The position numbers and the translations under genes are program-made. Below are positions 48,771 to 57,947 of a stretch of 64,000 nucleotides of DNA, piece after piece (position 1 is the stretch's first letter; each line of letters begins with the position of its first letter). Where the stretch lies: the IMG/VR virus record IMGVR_UViG_3300047172_000080, positions 1 to 64,000 of that record. One strand, given 5' to 3'. This DNA is from a virus. The notes under the pieces were generated by a model. That model was given only the letters and a program-made list of their open reading frames with translations, was not told the DNA's origin and ran no database searches.

Positions 48771-51700
48771 TTATGCTGTTGTCGCAGATACTGTAACTGT
48801 CTGACCTACAACAAGATTAAGATTAATAATATTAAGAGGATAACCAACAACAAGCTGAACTACGATATTAACTTTATCAAGGAACGTAGCATCTTGGGCT
48901 ATAGATACAACCTGAGAACCAGGAAGTAATTGAGGACCAGCGGGAGTATCTTGATTAAGTGTTTGTAGAGTAATTAATAGCGCGTTGAGGGAATCCTTCA
49001 TCAAACGTAAGGTAAATGAATTAATGTTATATTTACCAACATAAGGCTGTAAATTAGCCTTCATTTGATAACTAACACTATCAACATTACGAGTAATTGA
49101 ATCTTCTGCAGAATTTAGATTTCCAGAAGCTTCCGCAGTTGTTAATTGCTGGCGAATATATGGAGTAGCCCCAATTGCAGTCTGAGTTAAAATAAATGCA
49201 CCATTCTCAGCTAAAGTATTAAGATTAGCATAATTGAAGTTTGTCAATGTTTCAGAAAGATCATCACATCCTAAAACTGTAGCGTTTGTTAATCCTTGAT
49301 TAGCAGGAACACCTGATGCTAATCCTGCAACTTGAGCAGCTATTAAATATCCAGGTGTAACAACGCCAGCAGACTTTGCGGTATCAGGAACAATAACTCT
49401 GACACGCCTATCATTATAAGCTCCAATTAAAGCACCTAAATTAGCTGCTTGTTCAGAAGAAGTATAATTACGTTGTAATTGGAATTTAGTACCTACTGAG
49501 ATAGGACCAGCAAGACCTACTGTAGTAACAAGTGAACTATTAGTTCTAACTTCTGCAACAGGAATTGAAGTGTAAGAAACAGTACCATTAGGATTAGAGA
49601 TAAAGTTAATAAATACATTATCTCCTGGTCTAACTCCGTCAGTTACAAATGAAGCACCAACAACACTGAATAATGAATAAGTAGTCGTAGGATTTTCTGG
49701 ATCAGCAGCTACAGTAGCTAACCAATTACTGTTATTAGGCTGTTCATTATAAAGAAGTTTAGATGAAACATTAGGAATAGATATCCAAGCGATTCTCCAA
49801 TTACCAACAGTTGAAGAACTTTGGGCATCTGCAAAAGCTACAACAGCTTCCTGAACAGTAGGATCAAAAGTCATTGGAACTAAACTATAACCTTGGCTTG
49901 CTCCACTTGTACCTGCAAGAATACCAAGTGCAGTATTAAATCCAGTAAGATCATTGCTAGCAACACTAATATAGCTTACTGAAGCACCTGCACTATTTAA
50001 TAATGCATAGTAGCACCCTTGAGCTATTGGGTTAGCAGGATCAATAGTACCGACAACAGCAGTAATCTGGCTAGAATCAGTAAATGTTCCTACTGAAGTT
50101 GAATTAGTTGGAACTAATGCACGATAAGTAACGAAAAGATTACCGGCAGTTATTGGTAACGCAACTGGAACTCCCCCAGCGACTAATAGAGGATCACTTG
50201 TTGTAATACCTGAATTAATTGTAATACCTGTAGTAGTTGGAGCATAATTTAAAGTACCATCAACGACAGAAGCAATAGGATTAACTAAATAACCTTGTTG
50301 AACTTCAGAAAGAACTACTGTAAATGTAGAAGCACTAGCAATACTAGCCGCAGGTAAGTTATCTGCAAAAACCAAACTCTTAACTGCCCCTAGTAAAGGA
50401 GCGTTAGCTGGAATATAGTATTTATCACCTAAGATAAATCCACCATTGTTAGATCCAGCTGCAAAAGCACCAGTAACTCCTAGTGTGCCAACTTGGAAAA
50501 CTGTAGAAGCAATAGGTTGAACATTAGGTGAATTATCTACATTTGATGATGTAACGCTAAGAATTGCTGCAGTGGAGGCATTAGAACCATTAGAAGCTAA
50601 TAATGGCCCACCACGAACAACAGTAAGAGTATAAACTATATTACTAGCACCAGTATATGTTCCAGCACCAGTAGGCTTAACTTGAGCAACTGTGGCACTA
50701 ACTGCTAGTGTCCAAGCATTACCAACAATAAATGTACCTGAGCCAGTTACTGTAAAGTTAACTACGTTGTTACCATTATTATCAATTGGCAATGTACCTG
50801 ACGAAATTGTTACACCAGTAACAGGAGTAAATGCTCCTGCAGCTGAACTAACTGTAAATACAGCGGCTCCTAATAATCCACCAGTTGTACAAGTGACTGT
50901 GTAGGTATCACTTAGAATTCTTTGAGTATTATATCCAACATAAGCCGTACCTGATTTAGCTACTATTGTAAGACTTCCAGGAGCTGATCCAGGACCTGAA
51001 TAAGTTGGACTACCAATAACTGAGGTGTTAATAGCTGCGTTAGCAGGATCATTATAAGTTCCACCAACTGTATAAGTTAACCCTGTAGCACCTGAAGCAA
51101 TTGAGCTACTTAAAGTAATCGAAGAAGGACTGTTATAAGCAACAATCTTGAAAGCACCTATTGTATTAATGGTAATAAAATTATTAACCATAGCTGCAGT
51201 AAATGGAGCCGTAACTGATGTAAATATGGGAGAACTAGATGTAGTTACACCATCGGTAGCAGTTGCTAAAACTGGGGCGACAACTGAAGCTAATCCACTG
51301 TTCTGTGCAACTGTATCTGCGACTAAACCTGTAACCTTAGTAGTTAATGTATTACCTAAGTTATCAGTAATAACGGCAACGTCTCCAACTTGAACATCTC
51401 TATTTGAAAGATACGAAGAACGGTTGAAACCATTTAAAGTTTGGGCAACAGTTCCTGAACCATTGGTAAATCTTAAACGATTAGGATAAGGACTACCACT
51501 AGGAGCAGTTACCAAAGCTGCTGCGGCATTTCCACTATTGCTGCTTAAACCAGTATTAGGAAGATATTGAGCTAAAACATTATCAATATTTAAAGCTACA
51601 AATGAGGTATCTACTGTAGTACCTACAGGCTGATTAGGATAAGCATAAGTAACATCAGTTTCGTATTGATATTCATTTCCTAAAGAAGGAGTTGTAGGAT

Positions 51701-51863
51701 TAACAACTGCGGTGCTAGCTTTTTCAGCTGCTACTAAATATCTAAATAAATCATATTGCGCTCCAATAACAAGAGCATTAAGAATTGGGGTACTGTCAGT
51801 AGGAGTCTGTAAAAAAGTCTGACTGACGTAAACATTTGGTGGTGTGTAAGAGGATAAAGCCAT
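48771..51863 (-). CDS. tail sheath protein
   Basis: YTPPNVYV.Q N-terminus; C-terminal NQGLTN, LA.NG..IL, EDSITRNVD, YPLN.I; large beta insertion. Confidence 0.88.
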   Translation of the reverse strand: MALSSYTPPNVYVSQTFLQTPTDSTPILNALVIGAQYDLFRYLVAAEKASTAVVNPTTPSLGNEYQYETDVTYAYPNQPVGTTVDTSFVALNIDNVLAQYLPNTGLSSNSGNAAAALVTAPSGSPYPNRLRFTNGSGTVAQTLNGFNRSSYLSNRDVQVGDVAVITDNLGNTLTTKVTGLVADTVAQNSGLASVVAPVLATATDGVTTSSSPIFTSVTAPFTAAMVNNFITINTIGAFKIVAYNSPSSITLSSSIASGATGLTYTVGGTYNDPANAAINTSVIGSPTYSGPGSAPGSLTIVAKSGTAYVGYNTQRILSDTYTVTCTTGGLLGAAVFTVSSAAGAFTPVTGVTISSGTLPIDNNGNNVVNFTVTGSGTFIVGNAWTLAVSATVAQVKPTGAGTYTGASNIVYTLTVVRGGPLLASNGSNASTAAILSVTSSNVDNSPNVQPIASTVFQVGTLGVTGAFAAGSNNGGFILGDKYYIPANAPLLGAVKSLVFADNLPAASIASASTFTVVLSEVQQGYLVNPIASVVDGTLNYAPTTTGITINSGITTSDPLLVAGGVPVALPITAGNLFVTYRALVPTNSTSVGTFTDSSQITAVVGTIDPANPIAQGCYYALLNSAGASVSYISVASNDLTGFNTALGILAGTSGASQGYSLVPMTFDPTVQEAVVAFADAQSSSTVGNWRIAWISIPNVSSKLLYNEQPNNSNWLATVAADPENPTTTYSLFSVVGASFVTDGVRPGDNVFINFISNPNGTVSYTSIPVAEVRTNSSLVTTVGLAGPISVGTKFQLQRNYTSSEQAANLGALIGAYNDRRVRVIVPDTAKSAGVVTPGYLIAAQVAGLASGVPANQGLTNATVLGCDDLSETLTNFNYANLNTLAENGAFILTQTAIGATPYIRQQLTTAEASGNLNSAEDSITRNVDSVSYQMKANLQPYVGKYNINSFTLRLMKDSLNALLITLQTLNQDTPAGPQLLPGSQVVSIAQDATFLDKVNIVVQLVVGYPLNIINLNLVVGQTVTVSATTA

Positions 51864-51932
51864 AATTTGTAATTTCCTAATCGATTCTCTTAATAATAAT
51901 GGGTTACTGTATAATTTGCAATGCCTTATTTA

Positions 51933-52625
51933 CTATTGATTTAATAAGGGAGAATAGTTTGTTAAATTGAGAAAAACTGTTTTACTAATCGTTTTAAGTT
52001 TTAAGTGATCGCCTATGATTAAAGTGTTCGAATCAAACGTGACATCTATGGGGATAATTACAATATAATAATCCTTACATTCTTTATATTCTTGAGGTTT
52101 AGTAATCGCAGCCATACGAAACCATCTAAACTTAAAATCGTTCTTTATTTGATGTTCGAATTGTAAAAGAGGTTTAGCTGTCCATTCAGCTATTTGTTCT
52201 GCAAGTCCTACAGGAGAAGCAATGCAGGCAATATTACATCTCATTGAAGAAATGTGTAATTTAGTTTCTTCACTGTTAATAGGATTAATCTTAGTACGTT
52301 GCCCTATTACGGGAGAAGTATAACTAGCATCGCCACGAGCTACAATTATGGATGGGCGCATGTTCAAAGGATTTGGAGCCCACTCTAATTCCATTCCTAT
52401 AAATACATTTGAATCATTTGCTGTTAGATTAATAGCATTAGCTTTATATCTTTGATTAAAACCATAACCAGAAAGAGCAGGATCATCGTTTAACCAGTGT
52501 GTAGTAACTATTTCTTTTATAATTCTTTGTACATTGTAAGGAGTTAAATAAAGAGTAGCCTTAGGAGTATCCAACGCCTCTCTTTCCATTGGAGACTGGT
52601 AAGGGAGAGGTAATTCAATAGGCAT
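51933..52625 (-). CDS. tail terminator/completion protein
   Basis: RPSIIVARG motif; upstream of the sheath. Confidence 0.6.
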   Translation of the reverse strand: MPIELPLPYQSPMEREALDTPKATLYLTPYNVQRIIKEIVTTHWLNDDPALSGYGFNQRYKANAINLTANDSNVFIGMELEWAPNPLNMRPSIIVARGDASYTSPVIGQRTKINPINSEETKLHISSMRCNIACIASPVGLAEQIAEWTAKPLLQFEHQIKNDFKFRWFRMAAITKPQEYKECKDYYIVIIPIDVTFDSNTLIIGDHLKLKTISKTVFLNLTNYSPLLNQ

Positions 52626-52626
52626 A

Positions 52627-52947
52627 TTAAAAACACTCCACTAATAAATTTTTTTCCTGCATTTGTTCATCAACCCATTCCATAATAGTTTGTCCCATTT
52701 CTATTTCATTAGCTCTAATATTACACCAACTTTTAAATCGTGGATCATTAGCTAACTTTGTAAATGCTTGTTCCTTATTTCTATGTTGTTCACGATGATC
52801 TTGGCAATATTTTGATACACCTGAAGATTCGTGTGTAATTCTACAAGCACTGGATGTTTTTTGTTTGTGCTGCCCACCATTTCCAGAGCCTCTCAAATAT
52901 TCAATTTTAAAATCTTTTTTTGTTAATTTAAAAATAGGTTTATTCAT
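52627..52947 (-). CDS. class I release factor / peptidyl-tRNA hydrolase domain protein
   Basis: RGSGNGGQH.QKTSSACRITH..SG...CQD.REQH.NK..A. Confidence 0.9.
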   Translation of the reverse strand: MNKPIFKLTKKDFKIEYLRGSGNGGQHKQKTSSACRITHESSGVSKYCQDHREQHRNKEQAFTKLANDPRFKSWCNIRANEIEMGQTIMEWVDEQMQEKNLLVECF

Positions 52948-53792
52948 TAAACTCCAGGTTGCTGATCCAATGGAAGCTGTGAAATTTGATAACTTGGAAC
53001 AGGAATTTGATAAACTGTATCGGAAGTTGGAAGCAGTTGCAAACTAAGTTTTTGAACTAGTTGGATAGATGTTCCTGGAAAATAAACTCCTTGAGGAGAA
53101 GGGTCATCTGCCACATTATATCGTTCTCCTGTTTGAGCATTGACAATAACGTCTCGTGAATCCACAAAAGGAAAACCTAGAGTTCTAACCATAACACTTA
53201 AACTTTCCTTAACACCTTGTCCATCAGGTGATTGTGTCTTTCCTCTAATTGATTGCTCTTTCCTAAATACCATAGGTACTGGAGCAAAATAACCACCAGT
53301 TATACCTACTCCATAACCTCCTATATTATCTGTAAGTACTGCACCAGAAATAGGGTCAACACTACTTAAGTCTATTTGACCATAAACTTTTCTTTTTAAT
53401 AGATAACCTTGCCATCCTGCAAATTTACTAGAGAGCAATGCTTCTTTACGAATAATATCAGAAGCCATTCTATATTTTCTTTTAGTAGTAGGAGTCGAAT
53501 CAAAAGAAAGTATTTCAGAATAATAAATGTTATTACTTCCTGTAGTTAATTTAACTCTGTAAAGTAAATCTCTAGACCAATTTTGTTTAATTCCTGTGTC
53601 ATCTATAGCAAAAAAAGAATCACCTGCATTAATAGTATAAATTATTTCTGAAAAATCAAAAGTAGATGAAGCTTCTACTTGAAAATTATAAGGAGGTATA
53701 TCAACAAAGCCTTGAGCTATTCGCCACTGTAATTGATGCCCAGTGGAAAAATTAAGTCTAACAGTAAAGTTACTAAATACAGGTGAAGGCAT
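52947..53792 (-). CDS. neck/head-closure protein
   Basis: N-terminal FN3-like part; LLKRK..G, G.GITGGYFAP, DVIV....ERY; position. Confidence 0.6.
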   Translation of the reverse strand: MPSPVFSNFTVRLNFSTGHQLQWRIAQGFVDIPPYNFQVEASSTFDFSEIIYTINAGDSFFAIDDTGIKQNWSRDLLYRVKLTTGSNNIYYSEILSFDSTPTTKRKYRMASDIIRKEALLSSKFAGWQGYLLKRKVYGQIDLSSVDPISGAVLTDNIGGYGVGITGGYFAPVPMVFRKEQSIRGKTQSPDGQGVKESLSVMVRTLGFPFVDSRDVIVNAQTGERYNVADDPSPQGVYFPGTSIQLVQKLSLQLLPTSDTVYQIPVPSYQISQLPLDQQPGV

Positions 53793-53793
53793 G

Positions 53794-54069
53794 TTATAAG
53801 TATCGCGCTATTTGATTAGCAAAGGCAACTGAAAAACCTCTAGCTTGATAATAAGATGAATGTTTATAAATATTATAAAATGGTTTAAATCGTTGGTCAG
53901 CTATTACTTTAGGTAACGCATTTATTATTGAAGAAGGATCTTTTTTTCCTGGAGCTATATACCCTCTTAAGATCTGTGCAATCTTCTTAAATCCTTTAAG
54001 CCTAAATAAAAAATCAGCTGCCTTGGTAGGGTTAGATAAATTTTTTAATACTTCTACAATACTAGTCAT
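53794..54069 (-). CDS. hypothetical protein
   Basis: ORF. Confidence 0.5.
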   Translation of the reverse strand: MTSIVEVLKNLSNPTKAADFLFRLKGFKKIAQILRGYIAPGKKDPSSIINALPKVIADQRFKPFYNIYKHSSYYQARGFSVAFANQIARYL

Positions 54070-54072
54070 AGG

Positions 54073-54519
54073 CTAAGGAAAAGCTATTCGACCCCAATCA
54101 GAACCTTTTCTACCATAACACTGAGATAAATTTTGATTAGTTTTAAGATTAGTAACCATATTTACATGTTCATCCCAAAGTTCTTTACCTAATGCTTTAA
54201 ATATTTCAGCTTTATCTTTATCATTAATTTGAACACCGTTTTCTGAATAAGTTAAATTATTTGAAGCTTCATTAATAGATGCTGAACTTAACAAGTAACC
54301 AGCTACTCCCCTAATTAATAAATATCTAGAAGGATAAGACTCAGCACTTACCCAAACATTACTAGGAGGATTTGTTATATTATAAAAATCGCAAACAGAT
54401 AAAATAGCTTCATTAATCATTTCATCTGACCAACGACAACCATCAACAAGTGAGTTAAATTGTGGTTTGTCCTGAAGGAATAGACGAATTTTATCATTGG
54501 TAACTATAGATTGAGCCAT
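54073..54519 (-). CDS. head-tail adaptor (neck) protein
   Basis: IRLFLQD.P..N.L....WSDE, N.TNPP, NNLTYSENG. Confidence 0.65.
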   Translation of the reverse strand: MAQSIVTNDKIRLFLQDKPQFNSLVDGCRWSDEMINEAILSVCDFYNITNPPSNVWVSAESYPSRYLLIRGVAGYLLSSASINEASNNLTYSENGVQINDKDKAEIFKALGKELWDEHVNMVTNLKTNQNLSQCYGRKGSDWGRIAFP

Positions 54520-54682
54520 ATCCTAATAGTACCAGTTATAACTATGTTTTACAACTAACCAATAATCTTTCTTAAATTCTGAATAATTATTCTAATAAAA
54601 CTTTTAACAGGTTTATTTTTAAACCTTTCTATAGGCCAACCAAATTTATCCTTTAAATACCAAGGGTAGTCTGTATTTTCCA

Positions 54683-54919
54683 TTAAAACCAACTTCCTCT
54701 TAATTGATAAATCAAATCCAGATAGTCATTATAATTTGGGGCATTTGCTAATTTTATTAAATAGTTTTCAGCCATATAATAAAATTCCTTATCTCGTCCA
54801 TTGGGTTTACCTGCTCCTTCCCATAAATAATAAGCTAGAATTTTAGTATCAGATTCTATTGGTCTTGATGACCCTGGCACAATATGGCAATAATTATTGT
54901 TTATCATTTGTTCCTCCAA
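54683..54919 (-). CDS. DUF2934-like protein
   Basis: LAYYLWEGAGKPNGRDKEFYYMAE. Confidence 0.75.
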   Translation of the reverse strand: MEEQMINNNYCHIVPGSSRPIESDTKILAYYLWEGAGKPNGRDKEFYYMAENYLIKLANAPNYNDYLDLIYQLRGSWF

Positions 54920-55337
54920 CTGGTCTATCTAATATGTCTTCAATTTTAATTTCTTCAAAGTCTACAAGCTCATCTAATATACTTAAATTTTTTAATTTAT
55001 CAACCCAATGTGCAGGTCCGGTAACAACAGGAGTAGCATAGTTACTTCTAACACTTATTCTAACAGCCTCCTGTTCTTTTCTAGATAAATCAAAATACTG
55101 ATTCCAAAAATTATCAAGCATTACAATACAATCTATATATTGCAATTTCAAATCCAATAACGTAGCTCCTAAATTATTTTCATTTTCTTTTAAAGAAAAA
55201 GTGACATCAGAAATTGCTCCCCATGTAGGTAACGCTAAAGCTGCTTGTTTAAGCTTAATTTTTTCCATATTAGCACCCATAACATCATTTACGATTCCCT
55301 TGTTCAACTGAGGAAATAAAATCTGCTGCTTTTTCAT
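54894..55337 (-). CDS. hypothetical protein
   Basis: ORF in packed operon. Confidence 0.55.
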   Translation of the reverse strand: MKKQQILFPQLNKGIVNDVMGANMEKIKLKQAALALPTWGAISDVTFSLKENENNLGATLLDLKLQYIDCIVMLDNFWNQYFDLSRKEQEAVRISVRSNYATPVVTGPAHWVDKLKNLSILDELVDFEEIKIEDILDRPVGGTNDKQ

Positions 55338-55575
55338 TTAATACCTCATCAGAAATTTTACTTTCTTCTCTAAGGTATTCAATCCATTCTGGTGTATAAA
55401 TAACTGCATATTCGCTATCTTGCTCTTTAACAATTTCTACAAATTCTTTAAACATCTTTTCCTGCTCATGAGCATAAGGAACAAATGTTTCAGTAGCATC
55501 TGCTCCAGAAAACATACTAGGAGTATGCCCACAAATGTCTGTGGTTTTATTAATCATTTCTTCATACTTTGTCAT
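55285..55575 (-). CDS. hypothetical protein
   Basis: ORF in packed operon. Confidence 0.55.
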   Translation of the reverse strand: MTKYEEMINKTTDICGHTPSMFSGADATETFVPYAHEQEKMFKEFVEIVKEQDSEYAVIYTPEWIEYLREESKISDEVLNEKAADFISSVEQGNRK

Positions 55576-55778
55576 ATTTTTTTACCTTTCATTATACCTG
55601 CTTTATAAGCTGCGTGTATTACATCGTCTATACCAAAAAATCCACCTAGTTCAGGATCATTTGGATAGATAGGACAAGCACAACCTCTAAAATAATAAGA
55701 AGTTTGTCCTCCCTCTTTTAAAGTTACTACACCAATTTGATTCAATTGTTCTGTAGTTAAAACTTTAAAGCCTAACAT
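55572..55778 (-). CDS. hypothetical protein
   Basis: ORF in packed operon. Confidence 0.55.
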   Translation of the reverse strand: MLGFKVLTTEQLNQIGVVTLKEGGQTSYYFRGCACPIYPNDPELGGFFGIDDVIHAAYKAGIMKGKKI

Positions 55779-55999
55779 GCTGGTCTATCCATCCAATCTG
55801 GAAAACAATGCTTACCTACGATATCTACCATAATATATTCTTCATCACATCTAGCCTTATCTTTAGGATTAGTATTTTCATACTTAATAGCATTACAATC
55901 TGGAAGTACTTCAACTTCTAATTGATTTCGTAAATTACCCGATAAATCATGTTGAGAAATAAGATACTTATTCTCTCCAATTTTTCTAAATGTATTCAT
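55772..55999 (-). CDS. hypothetical protein
   Basis: ORF in packed operon. Confidence 0.55.
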   Translation of the reverse strand: MNTFRKIGENKYLISQHDLSGNLRNQLEVEVLPDCNAIKYENTNPKDKARCDEEYIMVDIVGKHCFPDWMDRPAC

Positions 56000-56001
56000 A
56001 T

Positions 56002-57351
56002 TTATTTACTTTCCCAATAGTATTTAAGTGCAACTTGGGTACATAGTTCCTGAAATTGTGCTGGTGTATAACCATCGCCTTTTTCTACTAAATTGTCAAC
56101 CTCATGACTACAATCTTCTAATATTCTTTTAGCCATATTTAATCTAGATTGCTTTGTCATCTTTTTTAATTCAATGATCTTATCTAATCTCCCCGGTCTA
56201 CTACTCATTCCATTCTCTGCAAAATTACCCATTGCAGGGTCTATTTTAGTAATATCGTTAGTTGTAACTATTGTAAGTACCCCATCACTATTTGAAACAC
56301 CACTGATACAATTAAGCAAACAATCGAAAGTAATACCATCTTTCCCTTGAACATTATTTCTACCGTGAAATACGCCGTCTAAGTCTTCGAATAAGGCGAT
56401 TACAGGGGCATTACCCATCATGCTCTCCCATTCTCTATTTAGATCCTCATTAGTCATCGTGGCGAGATCATAGATATAAATAGGCATGTCTAATACTTGG
56501 CCTAACGCTCTAGTCATCGCCGTTTTTCCTGTTCCTGGAATTCCAAATAATAATATACCTAAGCGATAAGGTATAGACTTTTTTCTAAACCAATCTGCAG
56601 AGTTTTTCCACCTTTTAATTTCTTCTATATACTTATCTACTTCTGGAGGAAACTCTAGCGTTTCAAAAGGCTTATCAGCTATATCTTCTCCTATATCATC
56701 TTTATTCCATTTTAATATACGTGAACCAGATTCTAATAAAACATCTCTACCTGACGAAGATGTACGCGCTTTGGGAATGTCTATTCCCGGTTGAGTAACA
56801 TTTCCATTTCTTAATGATTGTCTAGTACCTACTACCTTTCGTACAAAGAATCTTTTATACTCTTTAACTTCCAATTTAGCAATATTTCTATCATTGTATA
56901 AATCAATAGCTTCTATTAATAATTCATCAAACTTAAATGTTCCTCTAAAAAAACTATAATTACCACGAATAAAAATAGTTTCTAATCCTGGATCTGAACC
57001 TCCGGTAGTAGGGCTATTATTATTAGAAGATTGAGCCCCGTTGTTGTTTACAAAGATAGGTGTCCAACCTCTCCAAAAAATAGTTAGCCCCTTTCCTATA
57101 ATTTCAAATCCTACTATTATAAATTTACTAATAGGACGTACATGAAAAAGTCTTCCTAAGTAAGCTCTATCTCCCACATGTCTCCTATTAAATTTTTCCC
57201 ATAACAATAGTTGCATAGAATAATTTAAATACCCTTCCAATTCTACACTAACAATAATATAAGAACGTAACCTATTGATAGCCCCTTGTATATAAGACCA
57301 ACCTGTAGCCAATACTGTACCGATTGCTGCGAATCCAAAATAATTCATCAA
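56002..57351 (-). CDS. BCS1-like membrane-anchored AAA ATPase
   Basis: N-terminal TM; W.....IPYRLGILLFGIPGTGKT, Walker B LFEDLD, ITFDCLLN..SGV, TTN...IDPA, RPGRLD. Confidence 0.85.
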   Translation of the reverse strand: MMNYFGFAAIGTVLATGWSYIQGAINRLRSYIIVSVELEGYLNYSMQLLLWEKFNRRHVGDRAYLGRLFHVRPISKFIIVGFEIIGKGLTIFWRGWTPIFVNNNGAQSSNNNSPTTGGSDPGLETIFIRGNYSFFRGTFKFDELLIEAIDLYNDRNIAKLEVKEYKRFFVRKVVGTRQSLRNGNVTQPGIDIPKARTSSSGRDVLLESGSRILKWNKDDIGEDIADKPFETLEFPPEVDKYIEEIKRWKNSADWFRKKSIPYRLGILLFGIPGTGKTAMTRALGQVLDMPIYIYDLATMTNEDLNREWESMMGNAPVIALFEDLDGVFHGRNNVQGKDGITFDCLLNCISGVSNSDGVLTIVTTNDITKIDPAMGNFAENGMSSRPGRLDKIIELKKMTKQSRLNMAKRILEDCSHEVDNLVEKGDGYTPAQFQELCTQVALKYYWESK

Positions 57352-57395
57352 AGAAGCTACTATGTTTAGTAACTATGTCAAATACCTAATAGCTA

Positions 57396-57418
57396 AAAAA
57401 AAAGGGATAGAACCTTTT
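57396..57418 (-). terminator. terminator hairpin
   Basis: AAAAGG-TTCTAT-CCCTTTTTTTTT on the minus strand after the 57423..57836 gene. Confidence 0.55.
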
Positions 57419-57422
57419 ATTT

Positions 57423-57836
57423 TTATACCAACGTGTTTCTGAAGATAAGCAGCTTATCGTGCAACAACTTATTCTCTGCTAATCGAACGTTATTAACACT
57501 AATTGATTCCTTTTTTAATTCTTCGGCTAATGAACTTGAAGAGCATAGTCTGATATTATCTCGTAAGTAATCATCGCTCGAATTTAAAGCAGATAACAAA
57601 ATCTCTACATCATTTAAACTCATTTCAAAAGGAAGAGATTTAGCATGATCGTGTTTCATATTCCACTCTTTAAGAACCTTATCATATACGTAAATCTTAC
57701 CTGACAAGGTAAGGATACATACATTATCTGCCTGATCCCAATAGGTAGCACCTATTTCTTCTCCTTTTACTTGATCAACAAAAGCATCGTGTTGTTCCAC
57801 ACCCAAAAGAATTGATTTTTTGTATTCGTGATTCAT
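57423..57836 (-). CDS. hypothetical protein
   Basis: ORF with its own promoter and terminator. Confidence 0.6.
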   Translation of the reverse strand: MNHEYKKSILLGVEQHDAFVDQVKGEEIGATYWDQADNVCILTLSGKIYVYDKVLKEWNMKHDHAKSLPFEMSLNDVEILLSALNSSDDYLRDNIRLCSSSSLAEELKKESISVNNVRLAENKLLHDKLLIFRNTLV

Positions 57837-57856
57837 AAGTTAATGTCCTTTAACTT

Positions 57857-57892
57857 ATTATACCAATTAATTACCCCATTTTAGGGGAGGGG
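57857..57892 (-). promoter_or_regulatory. phage promoter, copy 4
   Basis: CCCCTCCCC...TGGTATAATAA. Confidence 0.75.
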
Positions 57893-57947
57893 TTAATTTA
57901 ACCAATAATCACTACAACTAACACAGTAGATATAAGAATATGGTCTA

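Noticed and set aside
274-55608. Short plus-strand ORFs (e.g. 274, 3833, 4370, 7630, 10504, 12208, 20523, 23649, 40432, 50692, 51148, 55420)
   Set aside because: Antisense shadows of minus-strand genes, with biased composition and no motifs
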